Of a stretch of DNA of 32,000 bases, positions 19,265-28,160 are shown in pieces. Where the stretch lies: assembly GCF_000009705.1 (NCBI RefSeq), contig NC_003272.1, positions 4,950,001 to 4,982,000 on the forward strand, given 5' to 3'. The stretch is from Nostoc sp. PCC 7120 = FACHB-418 (GTDB taxonomy: Bacteria > Cyanobacteriota > Cyanobacteriia > Cyanobacteriales > Nostocaceae). Every line of letters starts with the position of its first letter. Positions within the stretch are counted from its first letter, which is position 1. The notes under the pieces were generated by a model, which saw only the letters and a list, made by a program, of their open reading frames with translations, was not told where the DNA came from and did not search any database. The translations under genes and the position numbers were made by a program.

Positions 19265-19300
19265 AGATACCCGACTTTTCTCAAAAGTCGGGTATCTTTG
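19265..19300. terminator. Bidirectional hairpin terminator between convergent metK and the GT-C gene
   Basis: A 15-bp perfect stem AGATACCCGACTTTT / AAAAGTCGGGTATCT has a 3-nt loop, followed by TTTG on the plus strand. Confidence 0.75.
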
Positions 19301-19301
19301 T

Positions 19302-20987
19302 TCACCGAGACTTTTCCCGACAGTGATAAATTTTGTATTCATAGCCGTCTACGGCGGTTAACGATTTGGTGTCAGCCAGACATTGTTTGACTTCTGCTGC
19401 TGTTGGCGCGTGGAAATTGACGAGCCACAGATCAAAAGGTCGTGGTAGTTGCTTCAGTGTCTTTTCTAGGGAAACAGTGGAAGTGCTGGGGTCTGTTTCT
19501 TGATGAGCTAGGAGAAACTGAGTAGAAGTTTGTGAAGAAGATAATTTTAATTCCCTGGCTATCCCCATCATTTCGCCAGTTTGGACTAAGGTTTTATGGG
19601 TTGTGGCAATGAGAACGGGAACCTGAGAATTTTGTTGGATGATTTGAACTAACAAATCAGGGCGGTAGTATTTTTGATAACCCAAATTACAAATAACTGT
19701 GACAGCACTAACGAATCCCATCAGCCAGATGATCATCACGGCTTTTTTGCTAGTTTGCCAATAGACGGCTAGGCTAGCACCCACGAGGATAATGACGGCG
19801 GGAAAATAAACAAAGTTGTAACGAGCGCCCCGTGTGATATCAACACCAAAAATATAAGTCAATATAAAGAATAAAGCGATCGCGCCTAAAACTACCCCAA
19901 TAAATACTTGCGTCGCCAAACTGGTTTGGGGTTGTTGTAGTTGGAATTTAAACCCACGAACTAAAATCGGTGTTGCCCAAATAGCGAAAATTAGCATTAC
20001 CAAGCCGGAAGCAATCACAACCGCTAACTGTGATGACTCGATTGGGAGCAACATAATCATTGTCACCCATGCAGCGAAAGCTTGGAAAATTGGGTTGATT
20101 AGGTGTAAGCCGATGCCCTGGACTTGAATCCACGCAGTTAAACTACTGCGATAGCGATTTTCTAAAATACTGGGTAGCCAAACTAAACCAGCTACAGCCG
20201 TACCAGCAGCTACAGCATAGATGCGCCACCAAAGGGGTGAGAAAAATACTAAAGTTTTGGCTTGTGTAGATTGTTGCCAGGCTAAAAATATTAATACCAA
20301 GGCTTCTGCACAAAGAGTTAGAGTGAAGAAGTAATGGGTGGCAATTCCCAAAGCATTAATTCCCACCCACAAGATGATTAACCAGAACGGTAATAATGTG
20401 CGGTTTTGAATGTGGCGTGTGGCAATTACTAAGCAGGACAGGGATGCAATCACCCAGATCATAGCTAAGGTGTAATGGCGTACTTCTTGTCCTAAATAAA
20501 CAGCGTATGGTGAAACTGCCATCATCCCAGCCGCTAACTGTCCTACCAATGAAGAACGGAAGGCTAACCTACCTAAGATATATGTAAGGGGAATGGAAAC
20601 TGCACCTAGTAAAGCGGGAAATGAACGCGCCGCTAATAGAGAAACTAATTCTCCTTGATTGGGAAACAACTTCATCCACAGATGCACCAGGACAAAATAC
20701 AGTGGTGGATGGTTGTCTTCTGTGATTAAGTTGTGAATTACGTCTCCAATTCCAGAGGCTGGGTTTGGTTGTAGGGGTTGTAAGAGAATATCAGGTGCGA
20801 TCGCCTGATCTAGGGGTACTGGTAAAAAACTATTCCCCAAGCTAAACACTAAAGTAGCAAATTCATCAGTCCAAGGAGGCTTGGCGGTCAAGTTGGTAAA
20901 ACGTAAGCCCAGACCGATGATAAACCACGTTAGTAAAAGTAAAGGATGAAACCAGCGAGTCGAAACTTGAGAGTGCCAATTATACAA
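19302..20987 (-). CDS. Polytopic membrane glycosyltransferase, GT-C fold (PMT_2/ArnT-like), copy 1
   Basis: 561 aa with about 11-13 TM segments. The first-loop acidic motif is PPWTDEFATL, followed by NHPPLYFVLVHLW, and there is a soluble C-terminal domain of about 130 aa. The only possible start is TTG at 20987, because a TAG lies 3 codons upstream. AAGGA lies 10 nt upstream. Confidence 0.78.
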   Translation of the reverse strand: MYNWHSQVSTRWFHPLLLLTWFIIGLGLRFTNLTAKPPWTDEFATLVFSLGNSFLPVPLDQAIAPDILLQPLQPNPASGIGDVIHNLITEDNHPPLYFVLVHLWMKLFPNQGELVSLLAARSFPALLGAVSIPLTYILGRLAFRSSLVGQLAAGMMAVSPYAVYLGQEVRHYTLAMIWVIASLSCLVIATRHIQNRTLLPFWLIILWVGINALGIATHYFFTLTLCAEALVLIFLAWQQSTQAKTLVFFSPLWWRIYAVAAGTAVAGLVWLPSILENRYRSSLTAWIQVQGIGLHLINPIFQAFAAWVTMIMLLPIESSQLAVVIASGLVMLIFAIWATPILVRGFKFQLQQPQTSLATQVFIGVVLGAIALFFILTYIFGVDITRGARYNFVYFPAVIILVGASLAVYWQTSKKAVMIIWLMGFVSAVTVICNLGYQKYYRPDLLVQIIQQNSQVPVLIATTHKTLVQTGEMMGIARELKLSSSQTSTQFLLAHQETDPSTSTVSLEKTLKQLPRPFDLWLVNFHAPTAAEVKQCLADTKSLTAVDGYEYKIYHCREKSR

Positions 20988-21073
20988 ACCAATCTATTCC
21001 TTGCGAAAAGCCAAGTGGCAGAACAAGTCAATTTGTATATATTAGACCGCACATGACAATTTAAGTTCGCTGA

Positions 21074-22318
21074 CTATTTTACGTCAGTGACTCGCCAGCT
21101 AAGTTTGAGGTTAACCCAGAAATTCCAAATAGTAGCAACGGCGATCGCTACTAGGTTAGCAACGTAGCGGTTAGGAATGAGGAAATTAAACACTAAATTC
21201 AACACCAATACATTCAGCACCAATCCCGCCAAACAAATAACGTTAAATTTAGCAAATCGCTTCAGGCGTTGATGCCATTCCTGTTGTTTCATGGTCACAT
21301 CAGCAAACGTCCAAGCATCATTCCACAAAAAGTTATTGAAGATAGCGATTTCACCTGCAATAATTTTGCTGCGAGTCAGGGGCAAAGCCAAGGTTGAGGG
21401 GTCACTGAGTAAATACAGCAGTACCATATCTACAAACACTCCACTCAGTCCCACCAAGGCAAAGCGCAGAAATCGATCTATAGGGAAGTTTATTTTTTGC
21501 TTGACTCGACCTACACGCCCAGTAGATAAACGCAACCGGACTAAATGGTGAACATAGTCTATGTATTGCTTCCATGTGACTTTACTTTCACCCTGCTGGC
21601 GTTCGCAGAACACATAACCAACTTCAGCAATATTTTTGACATTACCCCGCCCAATTACCTCTAACAGAATTTTGTATCCCACTGGGTTGAGTGTTGCCCC
21701 GGCTACACTACTGCGACGCACCATAAAATAGCCACTCATGGGGTCAGAAACTCTTCCCAATACTCCCGGTAGCAGCATTAACCCCAAAACTTGAGCGCCA
21801 CGAGACAAGAAACGTCTGACTACACTCCAACTACTGACACCGCCACCATCTACGTGACGACTGGCTAATGCCAAATCTGCTCCCTGGGTAATTTTTGTCA
21901 ACAGTTGTGTTAAAACTTCTGGTGGATGCTGTAAATCTCCATCAATTACCCCTAGAACTTTTCCTCTCGCTACCTGCCAACCACGAACGACGGCGGAAGA
22001 TAGCCCTCGTTCCTGTTGTCGTCGCATTACCCGCAGTTGGGGATACTCTTCAGTCAAAGAGTGGGCAACTTCCCAAGTCATGTCTGGGCTATCATCATCC
22101 ACAACAATTAATTCGTAATCTCCTGGGATAAATTCATCTAGAGTTTGACTCAAAATTTTGACAACATTTTCAATATTGTCCCGTTCTTTATAGGTGGGGA
22201 TTATTAGAGAAAAATATATATCTCTATGACCAGTACCGACACTATTCGGTGGTACATCAGAGACTTGTAAAAGGCCAGTTGGGACAGTTAATAATTCATT
22301 GGCGATGTTGATTTTCAT
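21074..22318 (-). CDS. GT2 polyprenyl-phosphate glycosyltransferase (Dpm1/ArnC/GtrB-like) fused to a C-terminal GtrA-like 4-TM domain
   Basis: 414 aa with an ATG start. The GT2 motifs are LIIPTYKERDNI, LIVVDDDSPD and DGDLQHPP. The C-terminal roughly 130 aa read RFLRFALVGLSGVFVDMVLLYLL...FNNFLWNDAWTF...WNFWVNLKLSWR, which is typical of GtrA. Confidence 0.85.
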   Translation of the reverse strand: MKINIANELLTVPTGLLQVSDVPPNSVGTGHRDIYFSLIIPTYKERDNIENVVKILSQTLDEFIPGDYELIVVDDDSPDMTWEVAHSLTEEYPQLRVMRRQQERGLSSAVVRGWQVARGKVLGVIDGDLQHPPEVLTQLLTKITQGADLALASRHVDGGGVSSWSVVRRFLSRGAQVLGLMLLPGVLGRVSDPMSGYFMVRRSSVAGATLNPVGYKILLEVIGRGNVKNIAEVGYVFCERQQGESKVTWKQYIDYVHHLVRLRLSTGRVGRVKQKINFPIDRFLRFALVGLSGVFVDMVLLYLLSDPSTLALPLTRSKIIAGEIAIFNNFLWNDAWTFADVTMKQQEWHQRLKRFAKFNVICLAGLVLNVLVLNLVFNFLIPNRYVANLVAIAVATIWNFWVNLKLSWRVTDVK

Positions 22319-22866
22319 AAATGTAGATGTGAGGTAAAAAATAGAGCTTATGTGTACAGTAGGCGTTAATAGTCAGTTGTCATTAGTCAGTTGCTTTTGA
22401 GGGAATCTATTATCCTTCATAGGAAGGGCTAGTAACAAAGCCAACAGGAATTAGAACGAATTACTATAGGAAATGGAAATAAGGAAATTTACTTAGTTCA
22501 GGTATTAGGTTGTTATGAATAGATTTAAACAACCATAGTTTTATTGTGACTACTTCAGTATGCAGTAACTAAGTGAATATGACTAATAATATCGTTGAAG
22601 GTTTACAAGCTTTTTAGACTTGAGTGCTAATTTTAAAGTCTTGATTAAATTGAGATTACTAATACTAATAAATTTGCTGATGAGATACTATCTAAAATTC
22701 AAATATAAGGAGTTATTGATAAATAGTTAAATAAGAAAAATTTCCCGATGGCTTTGATGTATTTTGATGAGAATATGACGATTATTCCATCAATGCCATT
22801 GAGAAATATGTTAACCACACAATTTAAATATTTGATTCAGTTTTTGCTGAGTATATTCTGTAAATT

Positions 22867-24561
22867 TCAACTATTGGCAGAACGCTTGTAAACTTTAAGG
22901 GTAAAACTATCTAAGTTCATCGTACCCGTGAGATTTTGAGTTTTTGTTAGTTGAAACTGCTTTGATAAAATTTTCTGTACCTTCTGATGTTCTATTTCTA
23001 TCTGCGCTGGTGTTTTTAATTTCGACCATACAGGATTTGCACTTTCTAACCAAAGAATCCGGGGATATTTTTGGGTTTCATTTTTTAACACATTTTCCAG
23101 TGAAGTTGCTAAATCCGCAGGATGTTCAGCTAATAACATCACTGGGGCTTTTGCAGGTGCGTAATATGCTAAACGCAAAACATGACCCCAAGCTTTAGAG
23201 TTCATGGCTATGAGAGTTGGTTGTTCTTTATGTTGGGAGATGATTTCGGCGACTGCATGAAAAATTGAGCGCTGTCGTAAACTAAAATCGCTGATGCCAA
23301 TGGTGAGATATAACAGCAATAAACCAGAAACTACTAGTGTGCGCCATTGTGAAGAAAAGGCTTTTTCTAACCACAAAGTTAATAATAATAAACACCCAGG
23401 AAGAATAATGATCATGGTTCTTCCACCACCAAAATTTAAAGTAGTCTTTTTAGTGACTATATCTAATCCTAAAGCTATTAAAAGAGGCAAAATTCCTAAT
23501 ATTAAAGCTACAGTCAAGTTTTTTCGCTCACCTTGTCGCCAAAGTTTCAGACTAGAGGCAATGATCAAGGCGATCGCTAAACAACCAACTATAACTATAC
23601 TGATTGTGGGTAAGCTTGTTATCCAGTCTCCCAAGACTAAATTACTGGCTAAGGTCTGAGTTGTGTCTTGCAAGTGAGTTAATATTGCTGAACCAGTATT
23701 TTTAAGATTACCAAACCTGTTCAAATCTGCACTACGGATTTGTTTAATACCCCCCCACAGCATCCAAGGGACGGTTAGCATCACTCCTGCGCCTAAACGC
23801 AAACCATGTTGCCACCAATGCTGCCTATCAAGGTAAAGCACTAAAACGGCTAAAGCTATTACCCAATATAAATAAAAATAAAAGGTCAACAAACCAGCAG
23901 CAATGGAACCGATAAATAGGATGTTCCACCACAACTTATGACGACAGTTATGATTAGCTTTTGAATCGGTAGGTTGATGAATTAGATGAAAGAGTGAAGC
24001 AGCACTTAGTGTTGTCCACAAAACTAAAGGCGCATACATCCGCACATTCAGAGAGTGGAATAAATAAAAGGGGTTGATTCCCAGAAACGCCGCCAGCAGT
24101 AAGCCGCCACGATGTCCAATAAAAACTTTACCTAAACTGTAAGCACTAGCGATCGCGCCAATACTGAATAATGTATTTAAACTCCGCATGACTGCTTCGC
24201 TGTTACCGAAAAGGCGCAACCAAAAATGCTGACTCAAATAAAATAATGGTGGATGCGGTTCCCCTCCCAGTAGACTCAGCAGTAATTCTTTTACGGTAGA
24301 GATAACTGCACTAAAACCCGATTCAACAGGTAAGGAGAGTAACGGCAAATATTCAGCCAAGGCTACTGGTATATCTTTGGGGGTCTGGTAGGCACTTTTT
24401 TGGCCTGTAGCTAAGAGTAGAGATAGCACTTCGTCATACCAAAATTCTCGGCTACCTAAATTCACTATACGTAATAGCACGGCGATAGCGATCGCTACTA
24501 ATGCTAAAGTTTCTAGAGAAACTAGTTTATTAAGTTTAGTAACTGGAACCCCAGGATTCAT
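22867..24561 (-). CDS. Polytopic membrane glycosyltransferase, GT-C fold (PMT_2/ArnT-like), copy 2
   Basis: 564 aa counted from ATG 24561; the ORF-track start at 24564 is a TTG one codon upstream. It is homologous to copy 1, with REFWYDEVLSLL and EPHPPLFYLSQHFW at equivalent positions, many TM segments and a soluble C-terminal domain. Confidence 0.78.
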   Translation of the reverse strand: MNPGVPVTKLNKLVSLETLALVAIAIAVLLRIVNLGSREFWYDEVLSLLLATGQKSAYQTPKDIPVALAEYLPLLSLPVESGFSAVISTVKELLLSLLGGEPHPPLFYLSQHFWLRLFGNSEAVMRSLNTLFSIGAIASAYSLGKVFIGHRGGLLLAAFLGINPFYLFHSLNVRMYAPLVLWTTLSAASLFHLIHQPTDSKANHNCRHKLWWNILFIGSIAAGLLTFYFYLYWVIALAVLVLYLDRQHWWQHGLRLGAGVMLTVPWMLWGGIKQIRSADLNRFGNLKNTGSAILTHLQDTTQTLASNLVLGDWITSLPTISIVIVGCLAIALIIASSLKLWRQGERKNLTVALILGILPLLIALGLDIVTKKTTLNFGGGRTMIIILPGCLLLLTLWLEKAFSSQWRTLVVSGLLLLYLTIGISDFSLRQRSIFHAVAEIISQHKEQPTLIAMNSKAWGHVLRLAYYAPAKAPVMLLAEHPADLATSLENVLKNETQKYPRILWLESANPVWSKLKTPAQIEIEHQKVQKILSKQFQLTKTQNLTGTMNLDSFTLKVYKRSANS

Positions 24562-24907
24562 CAATATATTTGCTTATATGTTGCTGTCCTGATGATACCA
24601 AGAATATTCACAGACTACTGTAATATTTGTGTTAAATATGTCTTTGCGATTATCATAAGTATAAATACTGTTAATTGCAGTTATATTTTTAACTTTAAAT
24701 ATATTTAGGAATACGCTTGAGTAGGGCTTTGGTATCCGTTGGAAGATACACAGAGGTATTAATGATTCAGTTAAAAAAATAGTAAAACTTTTTTCCTTAA
24801 AAAGCTTACGTAAAGATTTCCAGATAAAAAATATCCAAAATTTTAGAGTGCATAAGTATGAATAATTTCTCAATATATAGGACTCATACTTGATTTTTGA
24901 AATACAC

Positions 24908-24962
24908 GTAGGGTAGGCATTGCCCACCAAAACCATGAGTCGGTGGGCAATGCCCACCCTAC
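24908..24962. repeat. Compound palindromic dispersed repeat (two inverted copies of GTAGGGTGGGCATTGCCCACC)
   Basis: GTAGGGTAGGCATTGCCCACC-13 nt-GGTGGGCAATGCCCACCCTAC. Each half is itself palindromic. The core is shared with 14113-14141. Confidence 0.85.
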
Positions 24963-25086
24963 AGATACTGAGAATTTTATGCGCAAGCGCAGGCTACGCC
25001 AACAGAAATCAAATCGGATTCCTATAGTTATGTTCTATCGCTGTGACGCATCCTACCAAACCTTAGTAGAGGTACAACTTAATTTT

Positions 25087-26673
25087 TCAATTACCTTTTG
25101 CTTGAACAATCTCAGCTTCTTGGATGATATACTTTTTATTCTTTTTCACTTGTGTCAATTGAACGCGTAAAAGTTTGTCTTTCGCAGAAATATTTAGTTG
25201 ACTAGGTATAGTTGGTGAAGAGAAACATGGGTCATACGAAGCACATACGTAAACAAACTTATTATATCCTTGTTCGTTTAAAGCTAAACCTAGCTTGCTT
25301 ACGTCGTCTGAATTCTTTGTGAGGAAAAATAGTTTGTTTTTAAAAGCAGCTTCAAAACTTTGGCTAATATATTGATGAGCAACGGCTACAATTTTGTGAT
25401 CATCCTGGCGGAAAAAATTGAGGATATCTATAGCTTCAATGTTTCCAGTAAAATAGCTGTAATTTATCCCCATGAATGTATTTACGTGAACACCAACAAT
25501 AAATAGTGCTGCGAAGATGCCAGTACTAATATATTTGATGCCAAACTGTCTAATTGATAACGTAGATTCTAAAATAAATACTGCTAGTAGGCTCAGTAAT
25601 GGAATCAAAATCAACAAAAATCTAGGACCCCATTGTTTACCACCATCACTTGGCAAAAGTATAGGAACTAAAAAAATAAGGGGGATGGATATCAGCACAA
25701 TTTTTCGCATTGCGGCTGTCAGTTTTATAGATTTATAGAACACTGACAAGCCAGTAAAAATAATTGTGAAATATACGACAGGAAAGTATTCTCGGAAATT
25801 CTTCCACAGCCGACCAAAAATCCTATTAGCTTTTGATAACCGATCTTGAAGAGAAAATTCTTCTACAACTTGGAGTGCATGAGCGCCTAAGGGATGATCG
25901 TAGATTAATTTGTTGATGAGAAAAAAGCAGGAAACCGTTCCCAGCAAGCTAATAATAAATAAGATTTTATGCTGATTTATAATACTGATTTTTCCTAGCT
26001 TAATTTGATAGGAAACAAGAGCCAAGGGAATTAAAATAGCAATTAGGGCGAGGAACTCAGGTCTGAACCAAACGGACAATCCAATCAAGATTCCACTAAC
26101 TACGGCATCTTTTTTAGTAAACCATTCTTCACCTTTAGTTAAGATAATTACTAGTCCACCAAAAGCTAAACTCACTGCAAGTGTATGTTCCCAATACATG
26201 GCACTATACATGGTGAGTGGAGAAGCAAATATTAGTGTGGCAAGACCTATAGAAGTTGCAACTATACTCGTTTTGAAAAATTGGCAAATGCGATAAAAAT
26301 TAAACCAGATTATCCATGTAGATAATAGAGGAACTATATAAAAACCTCTATAACCAAACAAGGCATGAAAAGGTGCTGTAATTAAGGGAAAGGTGAAAGG
26401 GAAAGTAATGTAGTAACGATTAGAGATTTTATAACTAAAAGGTGGCTCAAAAGGGTAAAGCCCATTATCCCAAAGATTACGCACCCATCCAGGTACTGAT
26501 AAATCTAAATCAAAGTTTAACTTCCCAGAACTAAACTGCTTTGCTAGTAGGGCTTTTAATCCAGCGTCACCACTAAAGTAAATATCATCAGGTACTCGTG
26601 ATAGTAAGTATAAGGAAAAAATTATACCCAATGAAATTATCAGTAAAGGTACATTAATTTTTGGTAATTTCAT
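25087..26673 (-). CDS. Large polytopic membrane protein, probably a GT-C-type (phospholipid-carrier-dependent) glycosyltransferase; AT-rich
   Basis: 528 aa with an ATG start, about 11 TM segments and a soluble C-terminal domain of about 120 aa. Size and topology resemble the two upstream GT-C proteins, but the WxDE and HPPL motifs are absent. The family assignment comes from architecture and context only. Confidence 0.55.
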   Translation of the reverse strand: MKLPKINVPLLIISLGIIFSLYLLSRVPDDIYFSGDAGLKALLAKQFSSGKLNFDLDLSVPGWVRNLWDNGLYPFEPPFSYKISNRYYITFPFTFPLITAPFHALFGYRGFYIVPLLSTWIIWFNFYRICQFFKTSIVATSIGLATLIFASPLTMYSAMYWEHTLAVSLAFGGLVIILTKGEEWFTKKDAVVSGILIGLSVWFRPEFLALIAILIPLALVSYQIKLGKISIINQHKILFIISLLGTVSCFFLINKLIYDHPLGAHALQVVEEFSLQDRLSKANRIFGRLWKNFREYFPVVYFTIIFTGLSVFYKSIKLTAAMRKIVLISIPLIFLVPILLPSDGGKQWGPRFLLILIPLLSLLAVFILESTLSIRQFGIKYISTGIFAALFIVGVHVNTFMGINYSYFTGNIEAIDILNFFRQDDHKIVAVAHQYISQSFEAAFKNKLFFLTKNSDDVSKLGLALNEQGYNKFVYVCASYDPCFSSPTIPSQLNISAKDKLLRVQLTQVKKNKKYIIQEAEIVQAKGN

Positions 26674-26928
26674 GTTGATAATTGTAGAAAAATCACTACT
26701 AAAATTAAATAAGAGAAGGTTAAAACTTTAGGATGATCGGCGGGTATTTACTCAATTGATAATACAATAATGTGTAGGCATCAGTAATATGACATACAAT
26801 ACCATGCAGCAAATTACCTTGTTAAGCCAAAGTGTGAAAGTTATATAATTTTTTGGTGTGATTAACGACAAAGTAAGTATTTGTATGCTCGTAAGTACAA
26901 AATTTTGTAGAGATATTTTTAATTTACT

Positions 26929-28104
26929 GTGAATTATAAAACTGTTGATGTAATTCTTGAGCGCGCCTTGCTAGGTGATGATATATCACCACAAGAGGGA
27001 GTAGTCTTACTAACGCAAACGGACTCAGGCGCGATCGCCTCTATTCGCGCTACAGCTGACAAACTCCGCCAACAGCAAGCCGGGGATACAGTTACTTACG
27101 TAATTAACCGGAATATTAATTTTACTAACATTTGTGAGCAGCACTGTAGTTTTTGTGCTTTTCGGCGAGATGATGGGGATGCGGACGCTTATTGGTTAGA
27201 TTGGGCAGGTATTCGGGAAAAATCCCACGACGCGGTGCAGAGGGGAGCGACGGAAATCTGTATGCAGGGAGGTTTGCACCCACAAGCCCAGATTGATGGT
27301 AAATCTCTGCCTTATTACCTCAAACTAGTAGAAACGATTAAGCAAGAATATCCCCAAATTCATCTACACGCTTTTTCACCCCAAGAGGTGCAGTTTATCG
27401 CTAGAGTGGACGGACTGGAATATGTAGACGTAATCTCTGCTTTGCAAAATGCTGGCGTTAACTCCCTACCAGGAACAGCAGCCGAAGTTTTAGATGATGA
27501 AGTGCGGCGCATACTCTGTCCTGAAAAGATTAATACTGCTACTTGGTTGGAAATTATTGGTACAGCCCACAAAGTAGGCTTACATACTACCAGCACTATA
27601 TTATCAGGGCATATTGAAACACCAGAACAAAAAATTGGGCATTTAGAAAAATTGCGATCGCTCCAACAAACAGCCATCAATCATAAATACCCTGCCAGAA
27701 TTACCGAGTTTATTGTCTTACCTTTTGTCGGTCAAGAAGCACCTAAATCGCTACGTCGCCGTGTAGGACGTGACCAACCAATTTTAGCCGATGCCTTATT
27801 ACTGGGTGCAGTGGCAAGAATTTACTTAGGTAATTGGATACCCAACCATCAACCAAGTTGGGTCAAGTTGGGGCTAGCTGGGGCGACAGAAGCCCTAACA
27901 TGGGGCTGTAACGATATAGGCGGTACATTGATGGAAGAACACATCACCACAATGGCTGGTGCTGTAGGCGGTACGTGCATGGAAGTCGCAACCTTGCAAA
28001 ATGCGATCGCTTCCATAGGCAGACCTTACCAACAACGAGATACACTTTATCACAAGGTAGATGCAGCCAAAAAACTGGCTAATACGGTAATGAGTAATGG
28101 GTAA
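26929..28104 (+). CDS. cofH: Radical SAM enzyme, FO (7,8-didemethyl-8-hydroxy-5-deazariboflavin) synthase subunit CofH
   Basis: 391 aa with the cluster motif [17 protein letters not shown] (CxxxCxxC). Length and N-terminal layout fit CofH/MqnC-type enzymes. I prefer CofH because cyanobacteria use the Men pathway rather than the futalosine pathway. GTG start at 26929. Confidence 0.72.
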   Translation: MNYKTVDVILERALLGDDISPQEGVVLLTQTDSGAIASIRATADKLRQQQAGDTVTYVINRNINFTNICEQHCSFCAFRRDDGDADAYWLDWAGIREKSHDAVQRGATEICMQGGLHPQAQIDGKSLPYYLKLVETIKQEYPQIHLHAFSPQEVQFIARVDGLEYVDVISALQNAGVNSLPGTAAEVLDDEVRRILCPEKINTATWLEIIGTAHKVGLHTTSTILSGHIETPEQKIGHLEKLRSLQQTAINHKYPARITEFIVLPFVGQEAPKSLRRRVGRDQPILADALLLGAVARIYLGNWIPNHQPSWVKLGLAGATEALTWGCNDIGGTLMEEHITTMAGAVGGTCMEVATLQNAIASIGRPYQQRDTLYHKVDAAKKLANTVMSNG

Positions 28105-28160
28105 TTGGTGAAAATTTATTCTCAATTGCCAATCACCTATTACCTATTACCATCTAAAAG

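Noticed and set aside
22748-22888. 46-aa plus-strand ORF (MALMYFDENM...) in the AT-rich spacer
   Set aside because: It has no SD at a proper distance, it runs into the 3' end of the convergent GT-C gene, and its composition is typical of AT-rich non-coding DNA.
24574-25170. ORFs 24574..24957 (-, 127 aa) and 24943..25170 (+, 75 aa)
   Set aside because: Both start inside the compound palindromic repeat. Their translations are Ile/Phe/Lys/Tyr/Asn-rich with no motifs. The second overlaps the 3' end of the 528-aa gene.
24496-27029. Absence of HIP1 sites as evidence that the AT-rich gene is foreign
   Set aside because: Equally long or longer HIP1-free stretches cover clearly native genes (petH, prk, metK), so the gap alone is not informative. 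Only the base-composition argument was kept.
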